DNA of 64,000 bases from Alphaproteobacteria bacterium. GTDB taxonomy: Bacteria; Pseudomonadota; Alphaproteobacteria; UBA6615. This document shows positions 51,824 to 62,575 of the stretch, one piece after another. Position 1 is the stretch's first letter. Every line of letters starts with the position of its first letter. Under the pieces are notes generated by a model. The model did not search any database, was not told the DNA's origin, and was given only the letters and a program-made list of their open reading frames with translations. Location of the stretch: the NCBI GenBank assembly GCA_965261975.1, contig CBDHEC010000043.1, positions 11,928-75,927 of the forward strand, given 5' to 3'. Position numbers and translations under genes: made by a program.

Positions 51824-52273
51824 TCATTTGGAATCGGTAGCCAGGAAGATGATCTCCGAGACCGTGTCTTCAATGGCCTGGAAATCGCGGGTCTGCGCTA
51901 TTTCGCCGTCCGGCGCGAGGGTCTCGGTTTCCTTGCCCGGGAACAGCCGCAGATACTTGCCGCCGAGCAGTCCTTCGGCTGTCACACCGGCCTCGGTGTC
52001 GACCGGCAGACGGAGATCGCTGCGCACGGTGAACGTCACGACGGCCTCGAAGGTTTGATCGTCGAGCTTGCGATCGATAACCGACCCGACTTTCACGCCG
52101 GAAATGCGGACATCACTGCCCCGATCAAGGCCGCCCACCGTCAGGAATCGCGCCGACAGCTCATAGCCGTCACTATCCTGAAGATCGATCGACCGCGCAC
52201 CGAGGAACACAAACCCGATCGCAATCAGGAGAACGACCGCACCCAGGATCGTTTCAACGGCACCGCGTTTCAT
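51824..52273 (-). CDS. mlaD: MlaD/MCE-family protein (copy 2)
   Basis: VETILG anchor, GGL..GSDVRISGVKVG, EGLLGGKYL.L.PG. Confidence 0.88.
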   Translation of the reverse strand: MKRGAVETILGAVVLLIAIGFVFLGARSIDLQDSDGYELSARFLTVGGLDRGSDVRISGVKVGSVIDRKLDDQTFEAVVTFTVRSDLRLPVDTEAGVTAEGLLGGKYLRLFPGKETETLAPDGEIAQTRDFQAIEDTVSEIIFLATDSK

Positions 52274-52746
52274 TATTTCGCTCCCGTTTCACGTGCCGAT
52301 TTCGCCTGGGACACGATGAGCCCCAGGAGATCGTCAAGCACGACTGCATCTTCTGTAAAACTGATCCGGCCACCATCCGTGATAATCCGGTCGGCACCGC
52401 CGATATCAACCCGCACAAGCTTGCCGCCAAAGAGGCCATCGGTCACGATCGCAGCCGAGGCATCGGCATCCAACTCTACCGACGCGTCGATCCTTAGCGT
52501 GGCCAGCACGCGGAATTGTTCGACCAGTTCAAGCCCGGTCACTTCGCCGACCTTGACCCCCGCGGCGTGCACGGGATTGCCGACCTGAAGACCGTCCGTC
52601 TGCCCGAACACGGCACTCACGTCGATCGTCTTGTCGCCAGAGGTCGAGATCGGGCCGAAAACTCCGCCCAACACGGCGACCAGCGCGATCACGACACCAA
52701 CCCCGACAACCACGTTTCGGAGTTCACGCTGTGACGAACTGTTCAT
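52273..52746 (-). CDS. mlaD: MlaD/MCE-family protein (copy 1)
   Basis: Single TM, DGLQVGNPVHAAGVKVG, DGLFGGK; TAATG coupling to copy 2. Confidence 0.82.
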   Translation of the reverse strand: MNSSSQRELRNVVVGVGVVIALVAVLGGVFGPISTSGDKTIDVSAVFGQTDGLQVGNPVHAAGVKVGEVTGLELVEQFRVLATLRIDASVELDADASAAIVTDGLFGGKLVRVDIGGADRIITDGGRISFTEDAVVLDDLLGLIVSQAKSARETGAK

Positions 52747-52803
52747 CGTGATGCGCTCATCGAAATGACCTGATCTCGGAAAACGGTATGGGTTACCGAC
52801 CCG

Positions 52804-53157
52804 CTATTGCGGCGTCCAGGGCTCGTAGTCGCCCGTTCCCCGCCGTCGTTCACCATCGCGCATCACGCTTCCCGGCGGGTGATACGCCGCGCGCGTGCCG
52901 GTCAGGTTCGGTACATGGTCCTGCTGCCATTCGTGGCGATGGTCCTCGTCGAGCGGCGATTCCGTCACGTGGTGTAGCCAGCTATGCCATTCCGGCGGCA
53001 CCTTGCTCGCCTCCGGGCACCCCTTATAGACGACCCAACGACGCTCACGATTGTAGCGATTGCGGTTGCGGCCGCGGTAATAGCGGTTTCCGAACTGATC
53101 AGAGCCCACAAGTTGCCCTGAGATCATGGTTTTAAGCAGCGTTCCCAACGTGGCCAT
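52804..53157 (-). CDS. NADH:ubiquinone oxidoreductase accessory subunit NDUFA12-like
   Basis: LVGSDQFGNRYY, RRWVVY, EASKVPPEWHSWLH, PNLTGT..AY, DYEPW.P. Confidence 0.92.
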   Translation of the reverse strand: MATLGTLLKTMISGQLVGSDQFGNRYYRGRNRNRYNRERRWVVYKGCPEASKVPPEWHSWLHHVTESPLDEDHRHEWQQDHVPNLTGTRAAYHPPGSVMRDGERRRGTGDYEPWTPQ

Positions 53158-53280
53158 TGAGCTTCCGAATCCCTGAATGCACAGACGTTTTGCGGGACTA
53201 TGGCACCCGCCCCGGAGTTTGGCCAGAGCCATGATGTCACGTTTACACGGGTTGCACGCCGGAAGCCGACGCAACACTAA

Positions 53281-53377
53281 ACACAGGATATGGACGATTG
53301 TCGGCCGCACGACCCAAAATGTGGTTGCGACGCAAATATCTTGTGGTTTACCGTCCATAGTTGCCGAGATTTGGTGT
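53281..53377 (+). promoter_or_regulatory. Four NrdR-box-like sites upstream of nrdJ
   Basis: 16-mers at 53281 (ACACAGGATATGGACG), 53312 (ACCCAAAATGTGGTTG), 53331 (CGCAAATATCTTGTGG) and 53362 (TGCCGAGATTTGGTGT) resemble acaCwAtATaTwGtgt. Confidence 0.6.
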
Positions 53378-53514
53378 TTTTCGTCGTTTTTGTCACGAAA
53401 CCATCATGGAATCGGCGGGGGCCGCCCGCGGCGAGTGTTTGGATTTAGGCGCGGCCACCCTGGCTCATTTTTTTGTTTTACGGCGCTTATGTCGCGCCTG
53501 TTTTGGGGGGTTAC

Positions 53515-56500
53515 ATGCGGATCCAGCGCCGCTTTACGAACGAAGGCGAAAGTCCTTACACCGCGATAGAGTTTCGCACGACGTCGAGTGAGATCCGCAA
53601 CCCGGACGGCTCGGTCGTGTTTGCGGCCGATGATATCAAAGTGCCCGCAGCCTGGACCCAGGTCGCGTGCGATATCCTGGCGCAGAAATATTTCCGCAAA
53701 GCCGGTGTCCCCGCGAAGCTGAAACCGGTCCAGGAAGACGACGTCCCCGAGTTTCTGTGGCGACGCACCGCCGATGAGGCCAAGCTCAAGCGCGTCGGCA
53801 AGGACAAACGGCACGGCGGCGAGACCGACGCGCGCCAGGTCTTTGATCGGCTCGCCGGCACATGGGCCTATTGGGGCTGGAAAGGCGGCTATTTCGACAG
53901 CGCCGAGGATGCCAGCGCCTACTATGACGAGATGCGCTACATGCTGGCAGCCCAGATCGCGGCGCCGAACAGTCCGCAATGGTTCAACACCGGCCTGCAT
54001 TGGGCTTATGGAATCGACGGCCCCGGTCAGGGTCATCATTACGTCGACTACCAGACTGGCAAGCTGACAAAGTCGAAGAGCTCCTACGAGCACCCGCAGC
54101 CCCATGCCTGCTTCATCCAGTCCGTCTCCGACGACCTGGTGAATGATGGCGGCATCATGGATCTATGGGTTCGTGAGGCCCGGCTGTTCAAATACGGTTC
54201 GGGTACGGGTTCGAACTTCTCCCATATCCGGGGCGAGAGCGAAGCCCTGTCGGGTGGCGGTAAATCGTCCGGCCTGATGAGCTTCCTGAAGATCGGCGAC
54301 CGTGCGGCCGGCGCCATCAAATCCGGCGGCACGACACGGCGCGCGGCCAAGATGGTCGTGGTCGATGTCGATCACCCGGATATCGAAACCTATATCGACT
54401 GGAAGGTCACCGAAGAGCAGAAGGTGGCCGCACTCGTCACCGGTTCAATCACCTGCCAGCAACATCTGACCGCGATCATGGCCGCCTGCCACGACACCGA
54501 CGCGCCGGAAGGTGACGAGCGGTTCGAGCCGGCCGAGAACCCGGCCCTGAAGAAAGCCATACGCGAATCCCGCAAGGCCATGGTGCCGGACAATTACGCC
54601 CAGCGCGTGATCCAGTTCGCCCGCCAGGGTTTCAGCGAAATCGATTTCCCGACCTACGACACGGACTGGGATTCGGAAGCCTATCTGACCGTCTCCGGTC
54701 AGAACTCCAATAACTCCGTGCGCGTGACCGATGATTTCCTCAAGGCTGTCGAGGACGGCGGGTCCTGGGACCTGAAGCGTCGGACCGACGGCGGGGTCGC
54801 AAAGACCGTCGATGCCGGCGAGCTGTGGGACAAGATTTCCCACGCCGCCTGGTCGTGCGCCGATCCCGGCATCCAGTACGACACCACGATCAACGACTGG
54901 CACACCTGCCCGGAATCCGGACGCATCAACGCGTCCAACCCATGCTCGGAGTACATGTTCCTCGACGATACGGCCTGTAATCTCGCCTCGTTGAACCTCA
55001 TGACCTTCCGCGACAATGACGGCAGCTTCGATGTCGAGGGGTTCGAGCATGCGGTTCGCCTCTGGACCGTCACGCTGGAAGTCTCTGTGTTGATGGCGCA
55101 GTTCCCGTCCAAGGAAATCGCCCGCCTGAGCTACGAGTACCGCACGCTGGGTCTCGGGTTTGCCAATATCGGCGGCCTCCTGATGGCGTCGGGCCTCCCC
55201 TATGACAGTGACGAGGGCCGTGCGTTGTGCGCGTCCATCAGCGCGCTGATGACCGGTGTGTGCTATGCCACGTCGGCTGAAATGGCCGAGGAGCTCGGGG
55301 CCTTCCCGGGGCATGCCAAGAACGCGTCGAACATGCTGCGGGTCATCCGCAACCATCGCCGCGCCGCACATGGCGACACCACCGGCTATGAAGGCCTGTC
55401 GACAAACCCGGTCCCGCTCGATCATGCGAACTGCCCAGATACGGCCGTCGCGGAGGCCGCCAAGCGCGCCTGGGATCTGGCCCTGGAGCTGGGTGAGGCC
55501 CATGGTTATCGAAATGCGCAGACCACGGTGATCGCGCCCACGGGCACCATCGGCCTGGTCATGGATTGCGACACCACCGGCATCGAGCCGGACTTCGCGC
55601 TGGTCAAGTTCAAGAAACTCGCCGGCGGCGGCTACTTCAAGATCATCAACCGGATGGTCCCGGAGGCGCTGCAGAATCTCGGTTACACGCCCAAGCAGAT
55701 CGACGAGATGTCCGGCTACGCCGTCGGGCACGGCTCGCTGGCCGACGCCCCGGGGGTCAACCATGCGACCCTCGCCGAGAAAGGCTTCGGCGACGATCAG
55801 ATCGCCGCGATCGAGGAAGGCCTCGGTACGGCATTCGACATTCGCTTCGCGTTCAACAAATGGACGCTCGGTGAGGCCTTCTGCACCGAGACCCTCGGCC
55901 TCGATGCAGCGCAGCTCGACGACATGTCCTTCGATATGCTCGCCTCGATGGGCTTCTCGGAAGATCAGATCGAGGCAGCCAACAACCATGCCTGCGGCAC
56001 GATGACACTTGAAGGTGCCCCGCACCTGAAGGACGAACATCTTCCGATCTTCGACTGCGCCAATCCCTGCGGAAAAATCGGCAAACGCTTCCTGTCGGTC
56101 GACAGCCACATCCACATGATGGCGGCCGCACAGCCCTTCATCACGGGCGCCATCTCGAAGACCATCAACATGCCCAACACGGCCAACATCTCCGATTGCG
56201 CCGATGCCTACATGTTGTCCTGGCGTCTCGGGCTCAAGGCGAATGCGTTGTATCGCGATGGTTCGAAGCTCAGCCAGCCGCTGCAGTCCCAGCTCCTGGC
56301 GGACGACGCCGACGAGGCGGCCGACAAGCTCGACGAACTGCTCGATGCGCCGAACGGGCGCCGCGCGGAAATGGTCGCCGAGCGGATCGTCGAACGGGTG
56401 ATCGAACGCGAAGTCGATCGCCAGAAGCTGCCCCATCGCCGCAAGGGTTATACCCAGAAGGCGATCGTCGGCGGTCACAAGGTCTATATCCGGACCGGCG

Positions 56501-57222
56501 AGTATGACGACGGCTCCATCGGCGAGGTCTTCCTCGACATGCACAAGGAGGGGGCTGCCTTCCGCTCGTTGATAAACAACTTCGCCATCGCCGTGTCCAT
56601 CGGCCTGCAATACGGCGTGCCGCTGGAAGAGTTCGTCGACGCCTACACCTTCACCCGGTTCGAACCCTCCGGCCCGGTCGAAGGCAACGAGACCATCAAG
56701 ATGGCGAGCTCCATCCTCGACTACATCTTCCGCGAGCTCGCGATCAGCTATCTGGGCCGCAACGATCTGGCCCATGTCGAGATCGACGACCTGGAGCCCG
56801 ACACGATGGGCCGCGGCGAGTCCGACGACAGCCTGCCACCGCCTGCCAAGCCTGCAAAATCCGTGGTCAGCACCGGCTATGTCCGCAAGTCCACCCTGTC
56901 GGTGATCGAAGGCGGCCTGCAGGAAATGCAGCCGGTGGAACAGACGCCGGAAACGACCATGGAAACGACGTCCGAGGCGACGGGCACCGACGGCATGCCG
57001 ACCGGTGATGTCGACACGGTCGTCGCCCCGATGGGCACACCGAAGGGGCAGCAACTCGATCTCGAATATGTAGTTCAGGAAGAGCGTTCGATGCGCATTC
57101 GCCAGGCCCGGCTCCAGGGCTATGAGGGCGATGCGTGTACCGAATGCGGCAACTTCACTCTCGTGAGGAACGGAACATGTCTCAAATGCGACACCTGCGG
57201 CGGTACCAGCGGGTGTAGCTAA
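53515..57222 (+). CDS. nrdJ: Class II (B12-dependent) ribonucleotide reductase
   Basis: [41 protein letters not shown]; C-terminal TSCPD-like region and CTEC...CDTC. Confidence 0.96.
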   Translation: MRIQRRFTNEGESPYTAIEFRTTSSEIRNPDGSVVFAADDIKVPAAWTQVACDILAQKYFRKAGVPAKLKPVQEDDVPEFLWRRTADEAKLKRVGKDKRHGGETDARQVFDRLAGTWAYWGWKGGYFDSAEDASAYYDEMRYMLAAQIAAPNSPQWFNTGLHWAYGIDGPGQGHHYVDYQTGKLTKSKSSYEHPQPHACFIQSVSDDLVNDGGIMDLWVREARLFKYGSGTGSNFSHIRGESEALSGGGKSSGLMSFLKIGDRAAGAIKSGGTTRRAAKMVVVDVDHPDIETYIDWKVTEEQKVAALVTGSITCQQHLTAIMAACHDTDAPEGDERFEPAENPALKKAIRESRKAMVPDNYAQRVIQFARQGFSEIDFPTYDTDWDSEAYLTVSGQNSNNSVRVTDDFLKAVEDGGSWDLKRRTDGGVAKTVDAGELWDKISHAAWSCADPGIQYDTTINDWHTCPESGRINASNPCSEYMFLDDTACNLASLNLMTFRDNDGSFDVEGFEHAVRLWTVTLEVSVLMAQFPSKEIARLSYEYRTLGLGFANIGGLLMASGLPYDSDEGRALCASISALMTGVCYATSAEMAEELGAFPGHAKNASNMLRVIRNHRRAAHGDTTGYEGLSTNPVPLDHANCPDTAVAEAAKRAWDLALELGEAHGYRNAQTTVIAPTGTIGLVMDCDTTGIEPDFALVKFKKLAGGGYFKIINRMVPEALQNLGYTPKQIDEMSGYAVGHGSLADAPGVNHATLAEKGFGDDQIAAIEEGLGTAFDIRFAFNKWTLGEAFCTETLGLDAAQLDDMSFDMLASMGFSEDQIEAANNHACGTMTLEGAPHLKDEHLPIFDCANPCGKIGKRFLSVDSHIHMMAAAQPFITGAISKTINMPNTANISDCADAYMLSWRLGLKANALYRDGSKLSQPLQSQLLADDADEAADKLDELLDAPNGRRAEMVAERIVERVIEREVDRQKLPHRRKGYTQKAIVGGHKVYIRTGEYDDGSIGEVFLDMHKEGAAFRSLINNFAIAVSIGLQYGVPLEEFVDAYTFTRFEPSGPVEGNETIKMASSILDYIFRELAISYLGRNDLAHVEIDDLEPDTMGRGESDDSLPPPAKPAKSVVSTGYVRKSTLSVIEGGLQEMQPVEQTPETTMETTSEATGTDGMPTGDVDTVVAPMGTPKGQQLDLEYVVQEERSMRIRQARLQGYEGDACTECGNFTLVRNGTCLKCDTCGGTSGCS

Positions 57223-57230
57223 GGAATTCG

Positions 57231-57347
57231 GGCCGGGTCGGACCCCAATGGCCTGAATAGTCGGCCCCGCGCCAGTCCGCTTGGCGCCGGGTCACTCTCC
57301 TCCCTGACCTCCGGGGTGTGCAAAGGTAGGCGCACCCCGGTTTTTTT
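57231..57347 (+). ncRNA. Candidate structured 3'-UTR RNA with anti-SD loop and terminator
   Basis: Hairpins GCGCCA/TGGCGC (57269-57287) and GGTCA-CTCTCCTCCC-TGACC (57290-57309), then terminator CCGGGGTGTG/CGCACCCCGG-T7 (57311-57347). The terminator is solid; sRNA status is inferred. Confidence 0.4.
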
Positions 57348-57449
57348 GATCCGATTTACGCCTGTTCCTTACGCCCGGGAACCGGTGGCGCTATGCTGCC
57401 GGCCAGCCCTCGCAACCATGCGAACAAAGCCCCACAGGAGATTTCCATC

Positions 57450-57917
57450 ATGCCCGGAACCATCGACGCACGCCTTGCCGAACTCGGCATTGAATTGCCG
57501 CCCGCCAACGCCCCCGCGGGCAACTACGTCCCCTATGTGCAGACCGGGAACCTGTTGTTCATTTCGGGGCAGATCCCCCTGGTCGACGGCAAGCCCGGAT
57601 TCATCGGACGGCTGGGTGCGGAATTCGACGTCGAAGAGGGTGCCGCCGCCGCACGCGTATGCGCGCTGGCGCTCATCGCCCAGGCCAAGGACGCGCTGGG
57701 CGGTGATCTCGATCGGGTCAGCCGAGTGGTGAAGCTCACCGGTTTCGTCGCCGCAACCCCCGATTTCCCCGGTCATCCGAGCGTCGTCAACGGGGCCTCG
57801 GACCTGTTCGCCGAGGTCTTCGGAGATGCCGGTCGGCACGCGCGTGCTGCCGTAGGCATGGCATCCCTGCCCCTGGGTGTCGCGGTCGAGGTCGAGGCGA
57901 TCCTCGAGATTTCCTGA
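57450..57917 (+). CDS. RidA/YjgF family protein
   Basis: GNYVP, FISGQIP, VNGASDL, GRHARAAVG..SLP...AVEVE; AGGAG RBS. Confidence 0.92.
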   Translation: MPGTIDARLAELGIELPPANAPAGNYVPYVQTGNLLFISGQIPLVDGKPGFIGRLGAEFDVEEGAAAARVCALALIAQAKDALGGDLDRVSRVVKLTGFVAATPDFPGHPSVVNGASDLFAEVFGDAGRHARAAVGMASLPLGVAVEVEAILEIS

Positions 57918-57988
57918 TCGGCTTGGCAAACCCACCCCGCGACGATCCACCGCTTGGTGACGCCGCATCGGCGCATTAGACTGAGCCC

Positions 57989-59149
57989 ATGCCCGACGGA
58001 GACACAGCACTTTCGGCCCGCGTCGTCGAGAACATCGCGAACATTCCGCCCGACACCTGGGAGCGGCTTGCCGGACGCGACAACCCGTTTGTCAGCTACC
58101 CGTTCCTGCTGGCTCTGGAGGAGACCGGCTGCGCGTCGAACGAGGCTGGCTGGCTGCCCCATCACGTGGTGGTCGAGGAGACCAACGGCGAGATCATCGC
58201 CGCCGCCCCGGTCTATCTGAAGAGCCATTCCCAGGGCGAGTATGTGTTCGATCATGGATGGGCCCATGCCTGGGAGCGCGCGGGCGGTCGCTACTACCCG
58301 AAGATGCAGGTCGCAGCCCCCTTCTCACCCGTCGGCGGGCCGCGCCTTCTGGTCGGCGACGCGCCGGATGCGGATGACGCCCGGCTGACACTGCTGCGCG
58401 CGCTGGAGACGATCTGCCAGAAACTCGAACTCTCCTCGGTGCATGTCACCTTCACGACGGAACATGATTACGACGTGATGGGGCTCGCCGGCTGGATTCA
58501 GCGCATCGGCCGCCAGTTCCACTGGCACAACCGGGACTATGAAACCTTCGACGACTTTCTCGGCGCGCTGACCAGCCGCAAGCGCAAGATGATCCGCAAG
58601 GAACGTCGCCAGGTCGCCGAACAGGGCATCAACGTTCGCGCGCTGTCGGGCGACGACATCAAGTCGCTGCACTGGGACGCCTTCTATCAATTCTACGTCG
58701 ACACCTATGACCGCAAATGGGGTTATCCCTACCTGACCCGTGAATTCTTCGAGGCGATGCAGGACCGGATGGGTGATCAGGTCGTGCTGGTCATGGCCGA
58801 CATGGACGGGCTGCCGGTGGCCGGTGCGCTCAACCTGCGCGGCGCCACAGCGCTGTACGGCCGCAACTGGGGTTGCCTGGGCGACTACCGCTTCCTGCAT
58901 TTCGAGGCCTGCTACTACCAGGCCATCGAGTTCGCGATCGACAACGGTCTCAAGACCGTCGAGGCGGGCACGCAAGGCCCCCACAAGATCCAGCGCGGCT
59001 ACGAGCCGGTGGCGACCTATTCGGGACACTACATTCCCAATGAAAGTTTCCGCGACGCGGTCGAACGTTTCTGCCGCGAGGAGGAGCGCGAGGTGGACTG
59101 GGAGATCGAGAACTACGCCGAGCACCTGCCTTACCGCCAGGCGGACTAG
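57989..59149 (+). CDS. FemAB-like double-GNAT protein (DUF482 type)
   Basis: NPFVSY.FL.ALE, YLKSHSQGEYVFDHGWA, YYPK, LYGRNWG, LHFEACYYQAI, EAGTQG.HK..RG. Confidence 0.88.
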   Translation: MPDGDTALSARVVENIANIPPDTWERLAGRDNPFVSYPFLLALEETGCASNEAGWLPHHVVVEETNGEIIAAAPVYLKSHSQGEYVFDHGWAHAWERAGGRYYPKMQVAAPFSPVGGPRLLVGDAPDADDARLTLLRALETICQKLELSSVHVTFTTEHDYDVMGLAGWIQRIGRQFHWHNRDYETFDDFLGALTSRKRKMIRKERRQVAEQGINVRALSGDDIKSLHWDAFYQFYVDTYDRKWGYPYLTREFFEAMQDRMGDQVVLVMADMDGLPVAGALNLRGATALYGRNWGCLGDYRFLHFEACYYQAIEFAIDNGLKTVEAGTQGPHKIQRGYEPVATYSGHYIPNESFRDAVERFCREEEREVDWEIENYAEHLPYRQAD

Positions 59150-59152
59150 GTT

Positions 59153-59602
59153 CTACAGCCGTTTCTCCATGAATACACTGACCGGATCGGGGGCATAGGC
59201 CCCGAACGGTCCGATCTCGCGGTAACCAGCGTTGCGGTAGAGCGCGATCGCCTCGGCTGACGGACACCCGTCTCGAGGCGCAGGCATGGCAACCCCCTCG
59301 GCCAGCACCTCCAACTCCGCAAGCAGGCGCCGACCGATTCCGCGTCCGCGCGCGCCTTCGTCGACGAACAAACGCTTGATCTCGCCATAGTCGTCACGAC
59401 GTAGCAGCGCCGCGCAGCCAACCGCCCGCCCGTCGTCGCGTGCCACGAGGAGTGTCGCGTCTGCCCCGCTCAATCCGGCGGCATCAACGAGATAGTTCTG
59501 TGCCATGTCGTAGAGACCGGTCATGAGCGCGTCGCTCGCATCGAGTAACGCCCGGATATCCGGCTGGTCAGGCTGCTCCTGCGCAACGGTCAGTGCCGCC
59601 AT
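59153..59602 (-). CDS. GNAT acetyltransferase (YedL-like) with apparent compensating indels
   Basis: GEIKRLFV...RGRGIG, AIALY..GY, DPVSVFMEK; the expected LRLETG..Q segment is in another frame between about 59255 and 59295. Confidence 0.8.
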   Translation of the reverse strand: MAALTVAQEQPDQPDIRALLDASDALMTGLYDMAQNYLVDAAGLSGADATLLVARDDGRAVGCAALLRRDDYGEIKRLFVDEGARGRGIGRRLLAELEVLAEGVAMPAPRDGCPSAEAIALYRNAGYREIGPFGAYAPDPVSVFMEKRL

Positions 59603-61960
59603 CTACTTCTCGACGAGTGCGGGTTCCTTCTCGCCGCCGGAATCGTCCGACTTCGGCTTCTTGCGCGAGCGCTTCGGCTTGCCGCCGTCACCGGAGGGCT
59701 TATCCTTCGCAAGGTCGAAGGTCAGCGCGTCGTCCTTGACCCCCACCTTGACGGTGCCGCCCTTGACGAGCTTGCCAAATAGCAACTCCTCGGCGAGCGG
59801 CTGCTTCAGGTTTTCCTGGATCACCCGGGCCAGCGGGCGGGCGCCGAATTTCGGGTCATAGCCCTTCTTGGCCAGCCAGTCGCGCGACGCGTCGTTGAGC
59901 TCGATCGTCACGTTGCGGTCGTCGAGCTGGGCCTCCAGCTGGATGACGAACTTCTCGACAACCTTGCCCATCACGTCGGGCGAGAGATTGTTAAAGCCGA
60001 TGACGGCGTCGAGCCGGTTGCGGAATTCCGGCGTGAACAGGCGGTTGATCGCCTCCTCGTCGTCACCCTCGCGCACGTCGGAGCCGAAGCCCATGGCCGG
60101 CTTGGCCATGTCTGCCGCGCCCGCGTTGGTCGTCATGATCAGGATGACGTTGCGGAAGTCGACATTCTTGCCGTTATGGTCGGTCAGCTTCCCGTAATCC
60201 ATCACCTGCAGCAGGATGTTGAACAGGTTCCGGATGGGCCTTCTCGATCTCGTCGAGCAGCAGCACCTGGTGGGGATGCTGGTCGACCGCGTCGGTGAGC
60301 AGCCCGCCCTGATCGAAGCCGACATAGCCCGGCGGCGCGCCGATCAGGCGCGAGATCGAGTGGCGTTCCATATACTCGGACATATCGAAGCGCGTGAGCT
60401 CGACACCCAGGGAATGGGCGAGCTGGCGGGCGGCCTCGGTCTTGCCGACGCCGGTCGGGCCGGAGAACAGGTACGCGCCGATGGGTTTTTCCGGCTCGCG
60501 CAGGCCCGCACGCGCGAGCTTGATCGCGCTCGACAGCGCAGTGATCGCCTTGTCCTGGCCGAACACCATGGTTTTCAAATCACGCTCGAGATTCTCGAGC
60601 GCCGCCTTGTCGTCCCGGCTGACGCTCTTCGGCGGGATGCGCGCGATCTTCGAGACCACATTCTCAACATCCTTCACGCCGACGGTCTTCTTGCGCTTCG
60701 ACGGGGAGAGCAGCGCCTGGGCGGCACCCGTCTCGTCGATCACGTCGATCGCACTGTCGGGCAGTTTGCGGTCGCTGATATACCGCGCAACGACAGCTCG
60801 ACCGCGGTGCGGATCGCCTGCTCGGTATAGCGGATGTCGTGATGCTCCTCGTAGTATGGCTTCAGGCCGCGGAGAATCTTCACCGCGTCCTCGACCGAGG
60901 GTTCATACACGTCGATCTTCTGGAATCGGCGCACCAGCGCGCGGTCCTTCTCGAAATAGTTCCGGTATTCCTTGTAGGTGGTCGAGCCGATGCAGCGCAG
61001 CTTGCCGCCGGCCAATGCCGGTTTCAGCAGGTTCGAGGCATCCATGGCACCACCCGACGTGGCGCCGGCGCCGATCACCGTGTGGATCTCATCGATGAAC
61101 AGTACCGCACCCTCGGTGTCCTCGAGCTCGTTCATGACGGCCTTGAGCCGTTCCTCGAAGTCGCCGCGATAGCGCGTGCCCGCGAGCAAGTGCACCCATA
61201 TCGAGCGCGAAGATCGTTGCGTCGGCCAGGACCTCCGGCACATCGCCCTCGACAATCCGCTTGGCCAGCCCCTCGGCGATGGCCGTTTTACCGACGCCGG
61301 GATCGCCCACATAGAGCGGGTTGTTCTTGGTCCGTCGCGCGAGAATCTGAATGGTTCGCTCGACCTCGAGCTCACGGCCGATCAGCGGATCGATGTCCCG
61401 TCGTCGGCCTTCTGGTTCAGATTGACGCAATAGGCGGTCAGCGCCTCCTGGCCCTTCTTGATGGTCGCCTCGCCGTCGAGTTCCTCCTCGTCGGCACCGC
61501 GCACCGCCCGGCTGTCTTCCTGGCCCGGCACCTTGGCAATGCCGTGGGAGATGTAGTTCACCGCATCGAGACGGGTCATCTCCTGCTGCTGCAGGAAATA
61601 CACCGCATGGCTCTCGCGCTCGGAGAAGATGGCGACCAGCACGTTCGCCCCCGTGACCTCCTCGCGGCCCGACGACTGCACGTGGATCGCGGCGCGCTGG
61701 AGCACGCGCTGAAAACCTGCCGTGGGCTTGGATTCCTCGGTGCGGCTGGTGATCAGGCTCGACAGTTCTTCGTCGATATACTGAGAGAGATCCCGGCGCA
61801 GGTGATCGATATCGACCCCGCAGGCCCGCAACACGGCGACCGCATCCTGGTCTTCGGTCAGCGAGAGGAGCAGATGCTCCAGCGTGGCGTACTCGTGGTG
61901 CCGCTCATTGGCGAGCGCCAGGGCACGGTGCAGCGATTGTTCCAAATTCTGTGACAGCAT
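59603..61960 (-). CDS. clpA: ATP-dependent Clp protease ATPase ClpA (split by about 4 frameshifts, probably sequencing errors)
   Basis: Fragments: [10 protein letters not shown]; [14 protein letters not shown]; [18 protein letters not shown]; [25 protein letters not shown]; [13 protein letters not shown]. Confidence 0.9.
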
Positions 61961-62022
61961 TTGCGAAGGGTACCTTCTGCGTCAGGGCTTCGTCATCCGG
62001 TTCAACATCAAATAGTCGCGCG

Positions 62023-62427
62023 TCATTCCTTTTCCAGCGTGCATTGCAACGGATGCTCATGCTTGCGCGCAAAATCCATGACCTGGGTCACCTTGGTCTC
62101 GGCGACTTCGTAGGTAAACACACCACATACCCAACACCCTTCTGATGGACGTGAAGCATGATCTTGATGGCTTCTTCATGCTGTTTCTCGAAGAACTGTT
62201 CGAGCACCAGCACGACGAATTCCATCGGCGTGTAGTCATCGTTCAGCATCAAGACCTTGTACATCGACGGCTTTCTTCGTCTTTGTCCGGGTCTTGGTCG
62301 CAATGCCTGTGCTGTTATCGCCGTCGCCGCCGATCGCATCGTCGGAATCATCATCCGACGCACGCGGTGCAACGCTGCGTTTTCCCAGCAACTCCTTGAG
62401 ACTGCTTAACATCTTTGGTTCATACAT
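62023..62427 (-). CDS. clpS: N-recognin adaptor ClpS (two apparent frameshifts)
   Basis: [30 protein letters not shown]; after a shift near 62130 it reads [29 protein letters not shown]-stop. Start uncertain. Confidence 0.88.
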
Positions 62428-62541
62428 CCGTTTTTAAGCACGCAGCATTGTAGCCGAGCCACGCACATAGGTGAATGCGTGTGGTGCACTTATCCAGATA
62501 TTTGAGATGCGAAGGCGAGAAAGACAAGTCGCCGAAATAGA

Positions 62542-62575
62542 GACGGCCCGGCCAGAAATTCTGGGCCGGGCCGTC
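62542..62575 (-). terminator. Stem-loop terminator after phasin
   Basis: GACGGCCCGGCC...GGCCGGGCCGTC followed by TCTATTT on the minus strand. Confidence 0.7.

Noticed and set aside
53160-53514. Cobalamin riboswitch upstream of nrdJ
   Set aside because: No B12-box or GGGAA/GCCACTG core seen; the region is better explained by NrdR boxes.
54445-57054. 869-aa antisense ORF inside nrdJ (similar ones at 30703-32439, 25500-26999, 28242-29762, 8902-10017)
   Set aside because: Shadow frames expected from high-GC codon bias opposite well-supported genes; no recognisable motifs.
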